Shown here in pieces: positions 1 through 10,023 of a stretch of 64,000 bases of DNA; position 1 is the first letter of the stretch, and the number at the start of each line of letters is the position of its first letter. Location: positions 96,001 through 160,000 of the forward strand of contig CAWABA010000001.1 of NCBI GenBank assembly GCA_963780185.1, given 5' to 3'. The stretch comes from Candidatus Bathyarchaeota archaeon (lineage in GTDB: Archaea; Thermoproteota; Bathyarchaeia; Bathyarchaeales; Bathycorpusculaceae). The notes beneath the pieces are model-generated. The model was given only the letters and a program-made list of their open reading frames with translations. It had not been told where the DNA came from and did no database searches. Both the position numbers and the translations under genes were made by a program.

Positions 1-1005
1 GAAGCTTGTCGGTATTACAGGCAGAAAATATCGTTAACCCGCTGCAGCTGCAAAACTCATCCTCATGATACCCTTCATCGGCACGTTGCTGCTGGCAATT
101 GACCACATGAAAAGCGGTTTGCTTAAAGTACCTTCTCTCGCAGGTCCAATTGGATTAACCGACGTAGTGAACGGCAATGGAGGCGGAACGGGATATCCTG
201 GATTTGGCGCGTACATGCGCAGTTGCTTCGCTAATGCGAACCTCTCGAATTCCAACAACGACTATGAACAATTTGCTTCCAAGCAATGTTTTTGGACAAG
301 TTCCACGGATGGCCCTGGCGGAGCATCGACAATCGCGGTTCTCATCGTCGGCATAGCCTTCTTTGTCGTCGCACGCAGATACGTTAAATGGAGAATTACA
401 GTCAGCTACATTGTCGTGGTCGCTGTGCTTTCGGTGATTTTCTCTGCAGCTTACGGTGACGCAGGGGTTCAGGCTACCTTGTGCGATTGCTGTTCCTGCT
501 GTTCATCGGCAGCTCAATATTCTTGGCGTTCTTCATGGCAACGGATCCTGCAACAACCCCGTTAACCTACATGGGACAGATGATCTTCGGTGTCGGCACG
601 GCAATATTAACGGTGCTTATGGTTACTTACCTGCAGTTCTTCGGAGCCTCTTTCGTAGCGCTAGTTATCATGAACCTGACGGTGCCTGCACTTGACAAAG
701 TCGGCAGAATGAAGCCTACAACTGAATCTAAAGAGCCTAAACTGCCTAAAGCCCAAGCATTCGCTGCTGACAAAGTCAAAGAATACCAGTGTATGAGATG
801 CGGCGCATGTATGAGAGTTTGCTGCCACGGATTAAGCCCGATACTGATTAAGCAGGCATTTGACAAGATGAATTTCGACGCTATGAGCAAGCTAAACGCT
901 GATTATTGCACCGGATGCGGTCACTGCACTTACGTTTGCCCCTCAAGAATCGACCTCAGAAAAGCTGTACTGCAATCTAAAGGCATGCTTAGGCAACAAG
1001 AGTAA
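1..1005 (+). CDS. rnfD: RnfD/NqrB-family membrane subunit fused to a C-terminal 2x[4Fe-4S] (RnfC-like) domain; 5'-truncated, frameshifted
   Basis: NPAAAAKL, GGAS..AVLIVG and FFMATDPATTP RnfD motifs across ORFs 65..565 and 481..1005; C-terminal CMRCGACMRVC / CTGCGHCTYVCPSRIDL. Confidence 0.75.
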
Positions 1006-1011
1006 ACCCAA

Positions 1012-1050
1012 TTTCCTTAATCTTTTCTTTTCTTTTATCTTTCTTTTCTG
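1012..1050 (+). terminator. Oligo-T archaeal terminator
   Basis: T/C-rich tract directly after the stop at 1005. Confidence 0.55.
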
Positions 1051-1193
1051 CCAGAATACAGGCTTGCCCAAGACAGGTCTCTGCTTTTGTTTTCTAGGCT
1101 AAATACTTGCCGCTTTGGGGTTTTTGCATGTCAAGCTTGCAAGCATTAAGCTTATTAACATGCCACCACGTAAATAGTTCCAAGGGATAAAAA

Positions 1194-1905
1194 TTGGAAA
1201 CACCAAAATTTAAACTGGCTGACATATTCTACGGCATAATAATACCGCTAATTCTTGTGTTCCTCATCTACTTCCTCGCAATCGAAATTAACCCAACCGG
1301 ATCTGCTCACGTCCTCGGCAACACGGCGGCCAGGCGCTACAATCGGAATCATTTTCACTCAAGGCTTTGCTTCAATGATTATTCTCGGAGTCCCACTGAT
1401 TCTTGGGTTGCTATGGAATAAATGGGCTGGCGGTGCAGCTGGCTTCATCACTGGAGGCGCATACTACCTCGCCAGCGCAGGATACTCCAACGGATCCTAT
1501 GCTCTCTATAACGTCTTCACCTACAACTTCTACGGCGACATGAGCATGCTCGGATACCTCGTCATGGCTATTATCATAGGCTATATGGCTGGTGCATTAA
1601 ACAACGGATCGACGAACTTCAAACGAATGCTAGGTGCAGGCTTGACTGCTGCAATAATAACAGCTTTGATCCAATTCTACTTGAACTATAATTTTTCATT
1701 AGCACCCGGTCAATCCATGGCTCATGGACTTTGGGCGATAAAGGATAGTGCAGGAAATGCGATCCTACCTTTGCAATACAATGCGGGCTCCATTTTGTAC
1801 GGATTCACGTTAGCCTTCATCCCAAGCATTGCCTTAGGAGTGATAGTACCAATCCTTGCGAAAGTAATGACTTGGTATGGGCTTCAGCCAGTAAGGCATC
1901 AATAA
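1194..1905 (+). CDS. Multi-pass membrane protein of unknown function (possibly ECF S-component-like), frameshift near 1330
   Basis: ORFs 1194..1421 and 1255..1905 join into about 6 hydrophobic helices; TATA-like cttattaa upstream, T-tract downstream. Confidence 0.6.
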
Positions 1906-1988
1906 AATCCCTATTTCCCTTTTCTTTTTTAATTTCAGAAACTTCCCGACTTCCTGTTTGACCCATAGTTGGGTTCTGCTTTTGAAAA

Positions 1989-2188
1989 CCTCCGCCATTT
2001 TTCCACGTCATTTTTGTGGTGGGTTTTGGTTGTAAAAATGGGGGACCCTCCCGTAGTAGGCTGCTTCTGTTGGCTTGTTTTGGGTTGCTTTTTGGGTTTG
2101 GGGTATTGTTTCTATTTGTGGGCTTGGCTTGGTTGCTCCGAGAAAAATGGGCGTTTTTGCGTGGAGTTTTGGAATATTCCAAAAGTTT
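1989..2188. repeat. Dispersed hairpin/GT-skewed element, copy A
   Basis: Aligns by eye with 16721..17000 (gtaaaaatgggg[g/t]accctccc ... ggcgtttttg ... gttttg[g/t]aatatt[c/t]caaaagtt). Confidence 0.7.
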
Positions 2189-2199
2189 AGCGATGTGCC

Positions 2200-2343
2200 T
2201 AGAGTCGGCTATTGCCAGACGCATCGACGCTTAGTAACCCAAGGGCTTTCGGCGCTTGCATGCGCTGGAAGAGTCTCGACCGAAAAAATCAATACTGCAA
2301 CAGCCATGATTCCAACACATATTTTTGCTCTATCAATCGCCAT
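2200..2343 (-). pseudogene. Truncated N-terminus of a secreted (Kelch-like) protein
   Basis: Signal-peptide-like MAIDRAKICVGIMAVAVLIFSVETLPAHASAESPWVTK, then a frameshift and abrupt junction with the repeat. Confidence 0.4.
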
Positions 2344-2486
2344 CGGCACCGCACACAGTACATGCAGTGTGAACCCGATTAGCTCTTCCCAAAGAACAGT
2401 GTTCCGCACAGGGAAGGGTGCAGACGCAAGGGTTTTTATGGCTTGACTTCTAATTGCGAAGTATCCAAAATCGGAGAAACAGCAGG

Positions 2487-4048
2487 TTGCCAGCCGACTT
2501 AACCTTCATCAACGGAAAAATCAGAACTATGAACCCGCAGCAACCCGAAGCTCAAGCCGTGGCTGTGAGGCGAGGCAAAATCGTCAGGGTCGGCAGCGAC
2601 GAAGAGGTACAGCAGCTAATCGGCAAAGCCACCCAAGTCGTTGACCTCTGCGGCAAAACCGTGGTTCCAGGCTTAATCGACACTCACATCCACGTGGCAG
2701 ACTTCGGCAGATGCCTCCTCTGGCTCGACCTGACTGAGGCAGATTCAATCGGGATGCTTCAGCGTCTGCTCAAAGAAAAGGCTAGGCAAATGCAAGCTGG
2801 CAAATGGATTATCGGTCGCGGCTGGAACGAAACCCGATTTGTGGAAAAACGTCTCCCAAACGTCTCGGACCTAGACGCGGCTGCACCTGACAACCCTGTA
2901 ATTCTTTATCGTGAAGCCGCCATGACATGTGCCGTCAATTCCAAAGCCATCGCGCTCGCAGGCGTATCGGAGAAAACCGTCGTGCCCCAAGGCGGCGCCG
3001 TCGACAAAAACCCCAAAACAGGTGAGCTAACAGGTATTTTTCGGGACACCGCCACCAGCCTAATCTGGAAAGCCGTTCCTGAGCCGACAGTTGATGAGCT
3101 TGTGGATGCGTCGGCGTTGGCTTGCCAAAAAATCGCAGAAGCAGGAATAACCAGCATCCACTGGATACTGATTTCGCAGGGCGAACTCGCAATAGCCCAG
3201 CGGCTTGACGCAGAAGGAAAGCTTCCCATAAGGGTCAACGTCATAGTTCCCTGCGAGTTCCTCAAAGAAGCAGACGGGTTCAAGCCAAAAGACCCCTCGA
3301 TGCTTCACTTAGCTGGGGTTTTCATCACAACCGACGGGTACTTGGATTCAAAAACCGCAGCCCTAACCCAGCCGTACAGTGACGACCCAGTCAACAGCGG
3401 CAAAATGCTCCTAACCCAGCAAGAACTGGCAGCTTCCGTCGCCAAAGTTTTGGGTTTGGGTCTTCAACCCGTCCTCCACGCCATGGGCGACAAAGCCATC
3501 GACACGGCGCTAAAAGTCATCGAGCAAACCAAACCCGCCGAAGGCATCCGTTTTCGAATTGAGCAGGCGGCAGTTCTGAACACGGGTTTAATCAAGCGCC
3601 TCAAAGTCTCAGGCGCCGTAGTCACAGTTCAGCCAACCGTTATTTCCACGGAGTTTGCGGTTTGGTCGGCTTTGGCGCGTCTTGGCTTGGATAGGGCTGA
3701 GGCTTCTTCACCCACTTAAGACCCTTCTGAACGCAGGCATCAAGGTTGCAGGCGGCTCAGACTGCCCAATGGAGCCCCTAAGCCCAATGCTTGGCATACA
3801 AGAAGCCGTCCAAAGAGCCAGTTTCCCCGAGCAACGCCTAACCGTCGGAAGAAGCCCTCCGCATGTACACCGTCGACGCAGCCTACTGCTCCGGCGAAGA
3901 AAACATGAAAGGTACAATCGAAGAGGGAAAAGTTGCGGATTTAACGGTACTTTCGGAAGACCCATTTACGTCTGCAGCGGAAAAAATCAAGGACATCAGC
4001 GTTGAAATGACCGTCATCAACGGGAAAACCGTTTTCAGCAAGCTCTAG
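2487..4048 (+). CDS. YtcJ-like amidohydrolase-3 family metal-dependent hydrolase (two frameshifts near 3700 and 3850)
   Basis: PGLIDTHIH, GRGWNE, HAMGDKAID, GGSDCP and GTIEEGKVADLTVL across ORFs 2454..3719, 3655..4005 and 3863..4048. Confidence 0.85.
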
Positions 4049-4052
4049 ATTT

Positions 4053-4319
4053 CTAATCAATTTGCGGTTTGCCGTGTTCAGCCTTTGTGAGTTCAGCGAC
4101 TATTCGCCAAAGGAAGAACCCGAAGGCGCTGACAAAAAACATGGCGATGGTAAAGTTGTCTGTTCTTATGTTTAGAAGGTGGGAAACAGGCAACGGTAGC
4201 CATTCAGGGTGGGTAATCTGTATGACTACGCCGTCTAGCCATGCGAGGAAACCGAAAAAGAACAACATCTCCCCAACAACCTTGACTATAAGTGTTAATC
4301 GGCTGGAAGAAACATTCAT
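4053..4319 (-). CDS. Small two-helix membrane protein
   Basis: 88-aa ORF with two hydrophobic segments; TATA-like element upstream. Confidence 0.55.
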   Translation of the reverse strand: MNVSSSRLTLIVKVVGEMLFFFGFLAWLDGVVIQITHPEWLPLPVSHLLNIRTDNFTIAMFFVSAFGFFLWRIVAELTKAEHGKPQID

Positions 4320-4567
4320 GCTTAAGATTGAACCTGAAACGACATTATAAAACTTGCTGGAATCTTTGAACCCTCTTCCATCTGCATCTATCTACTGCTC
4401 CACCTGCCGAGATAGAGTAAAATCTGGGCTTTCTAGCGGGCGCTCCACCTTAAACCAATTTTTCTAAAGACGGTAACTGCCTTTTTTGTTAATTGTTGTA
4501 GGCAAGGCGTGACAACAAACGCTAATACGCTTGGCGGGTACTGTACCGTACGGTAAAGTGTATTCGA

Positions 4568-4696
4568 ATGGCTAGATGCCCTAATTGTCATGAAGAGGTT
4601 CTAAAACCTCAAGTTGTATTAGAAAACAGCTGTTTCACAATCCAATCCTTCACTTGCAATGAATGCAAAGAAAAATTCAAAATAATAATGAACTAA
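4568..4696 (+). CDS. 42-aa zinc-ribbon microprotein (not in ORF track)
   Basis: MARCPNCHEEVLKPQVVLENSCFTIQSFTCNECKEKFKIIMN; two CxxC motifs; paralog at 53074..53277. Confidence 0.65.
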   Translation: MARCPNCHEEVLKPQVVLENSCFTIQSFTCNECKEKFKIIMN

Positions 4697-4774
4697 AGGC
4701 TATTTCTCCGATAAATTTCCAGATTGCTAACACCTATTTTTTAGCTTTAAAAAAGAAACGCCTAATTCTTGTCG

Positions 4775-6232
4775 CTATTTTATTTTGAGTAGTATTTTGG
4801 CGGTTTTCTTGGGGTGGCGGATAGCCCTTGCGATTTTGGCTCTGGTGAAGGTTGGGTTTGCCATGTTTGCTCGCATGCATAGAACCTGTAGGTCCTGCGC
4901 CGTGAATTCAGGGGTTTCAATCAGGGGTTCCGTGGCTGCTAAGGCGTAGTCGCAGAAGCCTTCTCTTAGGTATCCGCCCTGCTTCGCCTGTTCGTAGAGC
5001 GCTGTGCCGTAGACGGGCATAGCTATGCTAAAGATGAGGCTGTCGGCGCCGAGGCTTCGGAGTTTGTAGGCGAATTTTATGGTTTCTTCGATGTCAGCTT
5101 TGGTTTCGCCAATCAACCCGAGGACGAAGAAGCAGCCGACTTTGACGCCGACTTTTTTACATAAAATAACCGCGTTCTCAACAGCCTTCAAATCTAAGCT
5201 TTTCCCGATAACATCGTTGACAACTCGTTGGACTCCTGATTCTGGGGCAACACGGATTTTCTTGCAGCCTGCCCGCTTCATTTTTCGAAGCAAAGTTTCA
5301 TCCAGTGTGTCTGCACGAATGCCGTTCGGCGTAAACCATTCAAAATGCAAGCCTCTCTCGACGATTTGGTCGCAGATGTCTGCCATGCGCTTCTTGTCCA
5401 GCGTCATGTTCTCGTCGTAGAAGTCAATCTGCTTGACCCCGTAAGTCTTCACGACCGATTCAAGCTCGTCTACGACGTTTTTTGGGCTTCTGCCACGCCA
5501 AGTTCTTCCCCAAACCACGAAGTTTGAGCAGAAAACGCACTTGTACGGGCATCCTCTGCTGGTTGTCACGATTGTCCACGGTTTGCTTATCTCGCCTCTT
5601 AGCGGGTTCTCTTTGACGGCTTCGTTGTAAACCTTCATGGGAAGCAGATGCCTAGCGGGAAACGGCAGATAATCCAAATCCGCAATTAAAGTACGTGGAC
5701 CTGTGAGAGTCGGCTTTCCATCCTTCATGAACCCTAAACCACCGATACCGTTGAAATTTTTCTTGCCTAACTCGAGAGCATCAATTAACTCTAAAATTGT
5801 GTTCTCAGGTTCACCTATGACAACGAAATCTACGTTGGAATCTTCAAGGCATGCTTCGGGTCTGGCGGAGGGATGCTGACCCATCAGCACGACCAAAATC
5901 TTCTTGTTAACCGCTTTAACTGCTTCAACTACTTCAAAAGCGGTTTTCGACCAGCCTGAAAAGGGAATTTCAATGATGACTATTTCGGGTCTCCATTGCC
6001 CTACGCGTTCAGCGATAGTTTGCGCACTTAAACCGACACGGTACTTGGTTTCGTCCATTTCCACAAGGTTTTTCCAGCCCTCAGTCGGCGCGTCGATAAT
6101 GCAGACGGCATTCTTTTTTTCCAAGACAGCAGCCACTGAAGCTAAGACTATGGGTGGAAAAACGTTTGGTTTACCCCACGCTTTAGGCTGTATACGCGGC
6201 GGATTAATCAAGCAAACACGCATGCCGAGCAC
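4775..6232 (-). CDS. B12-binding (class B) radical SAM enzyme
   Basis: N-terminal LINPP..PP..LASVAAVL, GQHPS, IGEPE; TSRGCPYKCVFC; APESG. Confidence 0.9.
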   Translation of the reverse strand: MLGMRVCLINPPRIQPKAWGKPNVFPPIVLASVAAVLEKKNAVCIIDAPTEGWKNLVEMDETKYRVGLSAQTIAERVGQWRPEIVIIEIPFSGWSKTAFEVVEAVKAVNKKILVVLMGQHPSARPEACLEDSNVDFVVIGEPENTILELIDALELGKKNFNGIGGLGFMKDGKPTLTGPRTLIADLDYLPFPARHLLPMKVYNEAVKENPLRGEISKPWTIVTTSRGCPYKCVFCSNFVVWGRTWRGRSPKNVVDELESVVKTYGVKQIDFYDENMTLDKKRMADICDQIVERGLHFEWFTPNGIRADTLDETLLRKMKRAGCKKIRVAPESGVQRVVNDVIGKSLDLKAVENAVILCKKVGVKVGCFFVLGLIGETKADIEETIKFAYKLRSLGADSLIFSIAMPVYGTALYEQAKQGGYLREGFCDYALAATEPLIETPEFTAQDLQVLCMRANMANPTFTRAKIARAIRHPKKTAKILLKIK

Positions 6233-6276
6233 TTCTTAAGCCATAAGTACCCTTGGGGTTTGATTAAAACTTTGCA

Positions 6277-7272
6277 CTAAAACGGCAAAAAGTACAAACG
6301 CACGCCCACGATGACGCCGACGCAGATGAGCCCCCACAGAATAATCGTCACATCACGAATCCTCAAAGCACCCAGAATCTTCTCACCCGTCAGAGGCTCC
6401 TGGCTGTCGCCGAGAATGTATTGCCCAGGCTTTTCCAGTTGAATCCGTAGGGCCCCAGCCATCGCCGCCATCGGCCAACCGTGGTTTCTGCTCGGCGTTT
6501 TCTTATGGTCTCGGCGGGCGATTCTCCAAGCGTTCTTGGAGTCTTTCCGCAGAAGTGCAGCCGCCACAATCATGAGCAGGGCGGTGAGGCGTGTGGGTAT
6601 GTAGTTGACGACGGTGTCGAGGTTTGCGCTGAACCAGCCCGTGTTGATGTGTTCTTTGTCTTTGAAGCCAACCATTCCGTCAAGGGTGTTGATTGCTCGA
6701 AAAGCGATTGCGCCTGTGACGCCGAAGAGGGCGAAGGACATCATAGGTGAGAGTTTGAAGTCAATTAGGTTTTCAGCCATGGATTCGATGACTGCGCTGC
6801 CCATCTGCGCCCCGTTGAGGTTTGTTGAGTCTCGTCTTGAGAAATGACTGTATTTTTTTGCTTCATCAACCTCATCAGCTGCAATCGCTTTAGCCACGGC
6901 TTTCGCCCAGTCAGTTTCCAGCTTGATGCAGATAGTCATCTTCACTAAGATGATGCCGACGATGGCGTAGACGAAGATGCTGATGTAGGTGTAGATTGCC
7001 CACAAGCCAAAGTAGGCTGGGACGGCGAACGTGGCGATTACGGTTAAGCCGAGGAGGACGCCTAGGAATTTTTCGATTTTCGGGTTTGGGTTTTTGAAGT
7101 AAGGCTCAATTTTCTTGGTGAAATTGCCCATGACTACGGTGGGGTGAAGCTTGAAAACCCACTTCTCAGGGTAATTCGGCGACGGGTCCCCGACAGCCAA
7201 ATCTAACAGAATAGCCAAAGCCATGACGGCAACAGCGACTAATATGTTCAGTGCGGAGACGTTTGACACCAA
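6277..7272 (-). CDS. cbiB: Adenosylcobinamide-phosphate synthase CbiB (divergent)
   Basis: LDLAVGDP..HP, ESMAEN, RAINTLDGMVGFK, NYIPTRLTA, GWPMAAMAGAL. Confidence 0.85.
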   Translation of the reverse strand: MVSNVSALNILVAVAVMALAILLDLAVGDPSPNYPEKWVFKLHPTVVMGNFTKKIEPYFKNPNPKIEKFLGVLLGLTVIATFAVPAYFGLWAIYTYISIFVYAIVGIILVKMTICIKLETDWAKAVAKAIAADEVDEAKKYSHFSRRDSTNLNGAQMGSAVIESMAENLIDFKLSPMMSFALFGVTGAIAFRAINTLDGMVGFKDKEHINTGWFSANLDTVVNYIPTRLTALLMIVAAALLRKDSKNAWRIARRDHKKTPSRNHGWPMAAMAGALRIQLEKPGQYILGDSQEPLTGEKILGALRIRDVTIILWGLICVGVIVGVRLYFLPF

Positions 7273-7415
7273 CCAAGATTACGCTAAACAACGCCGCAAA
7301 AACTAATATCGATTACGGTTTGCGGTGGCGGCTGGGGGTGTGTTCCTGTTTTGGAACGTTTTGTTCCATGCGTAGAACTAAAAGCAGTCGCTGGCTATTG
7401 GTTGACGGTGAACCG

Positions 7416-8516
7416 ATGCGAAAAGGTTTCCTCTTAATCCTGTTAATATTGGCGGCTCTTAGCGTAGCTTGCGTCCTGCCAGTTAAAGCCCAGTTGGCGC
7501 AAACCATGCACATCAACACTGACGGCAGCGTTACCCCTTCAGGTTCCGCCATCGACCGAGTCGGGTCTACCTACACTTTAACCGCCGACTTGAGCAGCCC
7601 CATAATGGTTGAAGCAAACAACATTGTGCTGGACGGAGCAGGGTACACTCTTAGCGGTCCAAGCACAAGTGTACTCGTGAACAGCATTGGCGTAAACCTG
7701 ACCGCAGCCAACGTTACCGTGCAAAACATGCATGTAAGCAATTGGGGGGTCGGGGTGTTGGGCGCGTGGAACAACAACACGGTAGAAAACAACGTCTTCA
7801 CAGGTAACAACGAAGCTGTCGTCATTTACGGAGACACCTACGTCATACGCCAAAACAGCATAACAAACAGCACAACGGGACTATTCATTGACGGCGGCTT
7901 TCAACCACAAGGCGACAACATCCTCATAACTCAAAACCAAATAACAGAAAACAGTCAAGCATTCGACGTAACCAACAACAACATGGCAACTATTACAGGA
8001 AACAACGTGGCGGACAACGGTTTGATTTTGCTTCTTGCCACAAACACCGCAGGCACACTGCTTTACTACAACAATTTTACAAACAACCAACAAGTCCTGA
8101 CGATTCCGTTCGGGGGACCTACCGTGGAGGGTATTGTTCCGTTTTCGCCTGCTGGACAATGGGATAACGGGTCAGTTGGAAACTACTGGAGCGACTACAC
8201 GACAAGGTACCCTGATGCCGCGGAAATCGGTCACACGGGCATCGGCAACACTGCTTACGTAATCGTCAGCACCGTATCATACACGGAAGGCGACATAAGT
8301 GGAGTGGCAGTTTTGGGAAACGCTGCCGACAACTACCCGTTGATGGCGCCTGCCACGGTTTTGATCCAGCCGTCGCCAAACGCTTCTCCCGCCGCTTCAC
8401 CCGCGGTTCCAGAATATCCAACCTCAACGTTTCTGATGGTCTTGCTTGTCACAGCATGTTCGGCTGCTTTACTTATCTTTAAGCGCCAAGCAAAAAAGGT
8501 CAAATCGCAGGTTTAG
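7416..8516 (+). CDS. Secreted NosD/parallel beta-helix surface protein with C-terminal PEF-like membrane anchor
   Basis: Signal peptide, N-rich repeats, WDNGSVGNYWSDY, DNYPLM, VPEYP + TM + basic tail. Confidence 0.8.
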   Translation: MRKGFLLILLILAALSVACVLPVKAQLAQTMHINTDGSVTPSGSAIDRVGSTYTLTADLSSPIMVEANNIVLDGAGYTLSGPSTSVLVNSIGVNLTAANVTVQNMHVSNWGVGVLGAWNNNTVENNVFTGNNEAVVIYGDTYVIRQNSITNSTTGLFIDGGFQPQGDNILITQNQITENSQAFDVTNNNMATITGNNVADNGLILLLATNTAGTLLYYNNFTNNQQVLTIPFGGPTVEGIVPFSPAGQWDNGSVGNYWSDYTTRYPDAAEIGHTGIGNTAYVIVSTVSYTEGDISGVAVLGNAADNYPLMAPATVLIQPSPNASPAASPAVPEYPTSTFLMVLLVTACSAALLIFKRQAKKVKSQV

Positions 8517-8534
8517 GGGTGGCTGAGCGCTTTT

Positions 8535-9929
8535 TTATTTGCTGAGTTTCAGCTTGGTGTACGCGTAAAGGTTGTAGGCGACGACTAGGGCGGTGTTGAG
8601 TTTGAATCTTCTTCTTTTGTCAAAGTAGTATCCTCTCCGCAGGTAGAAGTGCATGTAGGCAGCTTGGCGTAGTTTTCCAAGTTCTTTCATGCTCATTGTC
8701 GGCGTTTCGAAGATGGGGTGGCAGGTGTCGTACATGTCAAAGTCCGTAACTCTGAGCCAGCCTTTCTCCTTAACCATGTCATACATCGGCGTCCCTGGAA
8801 AAGGCGTCGCGACGTTGTAGAAGCCTGTGTCATGGGGCGAAATCTTTTCGACGAAGCGGATGGTTTTCCACGCGCTCTCCTTGGTTTCGCCTGGGAACCC
8901 TAAGATAACGTTCGGGATTGGCGTCATGCCCATTTCTTCGAGCCAGCCCAGAACTTTCATGGTTAATTCGGGACTAATGCCTTTTTTCATGGCGTCCAGT
9001 ACCTGTTGAGAGCCCGATTCGACGCCGAACCACACGGTGATGCAGCCCGCGTTCTTCATTTTCACAAGCAAGTCTTTGGTAAGCATGTCTACTCGTGTTC
9101 CGCAGTTCCACTCGATTTTTAAGCCGCGTTTGAGGATTTCGCTGCATAGCTCTTCGGTTCGGGGCTGATCCACGGTGAAGGCGTCGTCGCAGAACGTGAA
9201 TTTGCTGATGCCGTAGGTTTTGTGCAGTAGTTCGATTTCGTCGACGACGTTTTTGGGGCTGCGCATGCGGTATTTGCGCCCGTGCATTCGTACGGTTGAG
9301 CAGAATTCGCACCAGTAAACGCAGCCGCGGCTTGTTGCAAGGTAGAGTATGTCTTCTAATTCGCGAAAACGCTCCATCGGCCAAAGATGACGCGCTGGAA
9401 ACGGCAAGGAATCTAAATCTTCAATGTATGGTCGATCGGGGTTTCTGACGATTTTTCCGTCTTTCCTACATGTTGTCCCGACGACGTCGTCGAAGCTTTT
9501 GCCTTCCTCAACCCGCTGCGCCAACTCCAAAAGGGTATATTCGCCTTCTCTTCTCACAACAACATCCAGTTGCGGGCACTCCTCAAGCGCTTTGTCATCC
9601 CAAAACGTAACGTGCGCTCCGCCAGCAACGGTAATGCATTTGGGGCAAGCTTCCTTGACGATTTTAACCAGTTTCATCGCGGTGTTATAGGTCAGCGTTG
9701 AAGAAGTAAACCCGACAATGTCAGGTTGACGCTTCGCAATCTCACTTCTAAAATCTTCAAACGACAACTTAAGCACTTGACAATCAATAACATCAACCGG
9801 GAACTGGTTTTTCTCCAGCACCGCGCCTAAATATCCTAAGCCTAAAAGCGCAAACGGCAAATGCATCACAGCCATAGCTGGAGCCGCCGGGTTAACGAGG
9901 GTTACATGAGGCTTCATTTTCTGCTTCAC
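8535..9929 (-). CDS. B12-binding radical SAM enzyme (paralog group A)
   Basis: VTLVNP, LGLGYLGAVL, GGAHVTF, SRGCVYWCEFC, WFGVESG, ATPFPGT. Confidence 0.9.
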   Translation of the reverse strand: MKQKMKPHVTLVNPAAPAMAVMHLPFALLGLGYLGAVLEKNQFPVDVIDCQVLKLSFEDFRSEIAKRQPDIVGFTSSTLTYNTAMKLVKIVKEACPKCITVAGGAHVTFWDDKALEECPQLDVVVRREGEYTLLELAQRVEEGKSFDDVVGTTCRKDGKIVRNPDRPYIEDLDSLPFPARHLWPMERFRELEDILYLATSRGCVYWCEFCSTVRMHGRKYRMRSPKNVVDEIELLHKTYGISKFTFCDDAFTVDQPRTEELCSEILKRGLKIEWNCGTRVDMLTKDLLVKMKNAGCITVWFGVESGSQQVLDAMKKGISPELTMKVLGWLEEMGMTPIPNVILGFPGETKESAWKTIRFVEKISPHDTGFYNVATPFPGTPMYDMVKEKGWLRVTDFDMYDTCHPIFETPTMSMKELGKLRQAAYMHFYLRRGYYFDKRRRFKLNTALVVAYNLYAYTKLKLSK

Positions 9930-10023
9930 AGCTCACTTTACCCCTCAAAAAGAACCGTTTCATGCTTAAACATTTCGCATTTTAGAAGCGAAACCGAACA
10001 AAGGAAGATTTTGGAAGAATTTT

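Noticed and set aside
1817-2446. Overlapping ORFs 1817..2224, 1969..2190, 2016..2234, 2075..2446 (and 16792..16995) as real proteins
   Set aside because: They appear to be by-products of the G/T-skewed repeat, and frames are not conserved between the two copies.
7311-7346. GC-rich tract resembling 16705-16740 in reverse orientation, as a third repeat copy
   Set aside because: The match is short and low-complexity and lacks the hairpin and ACCCTCCC core.
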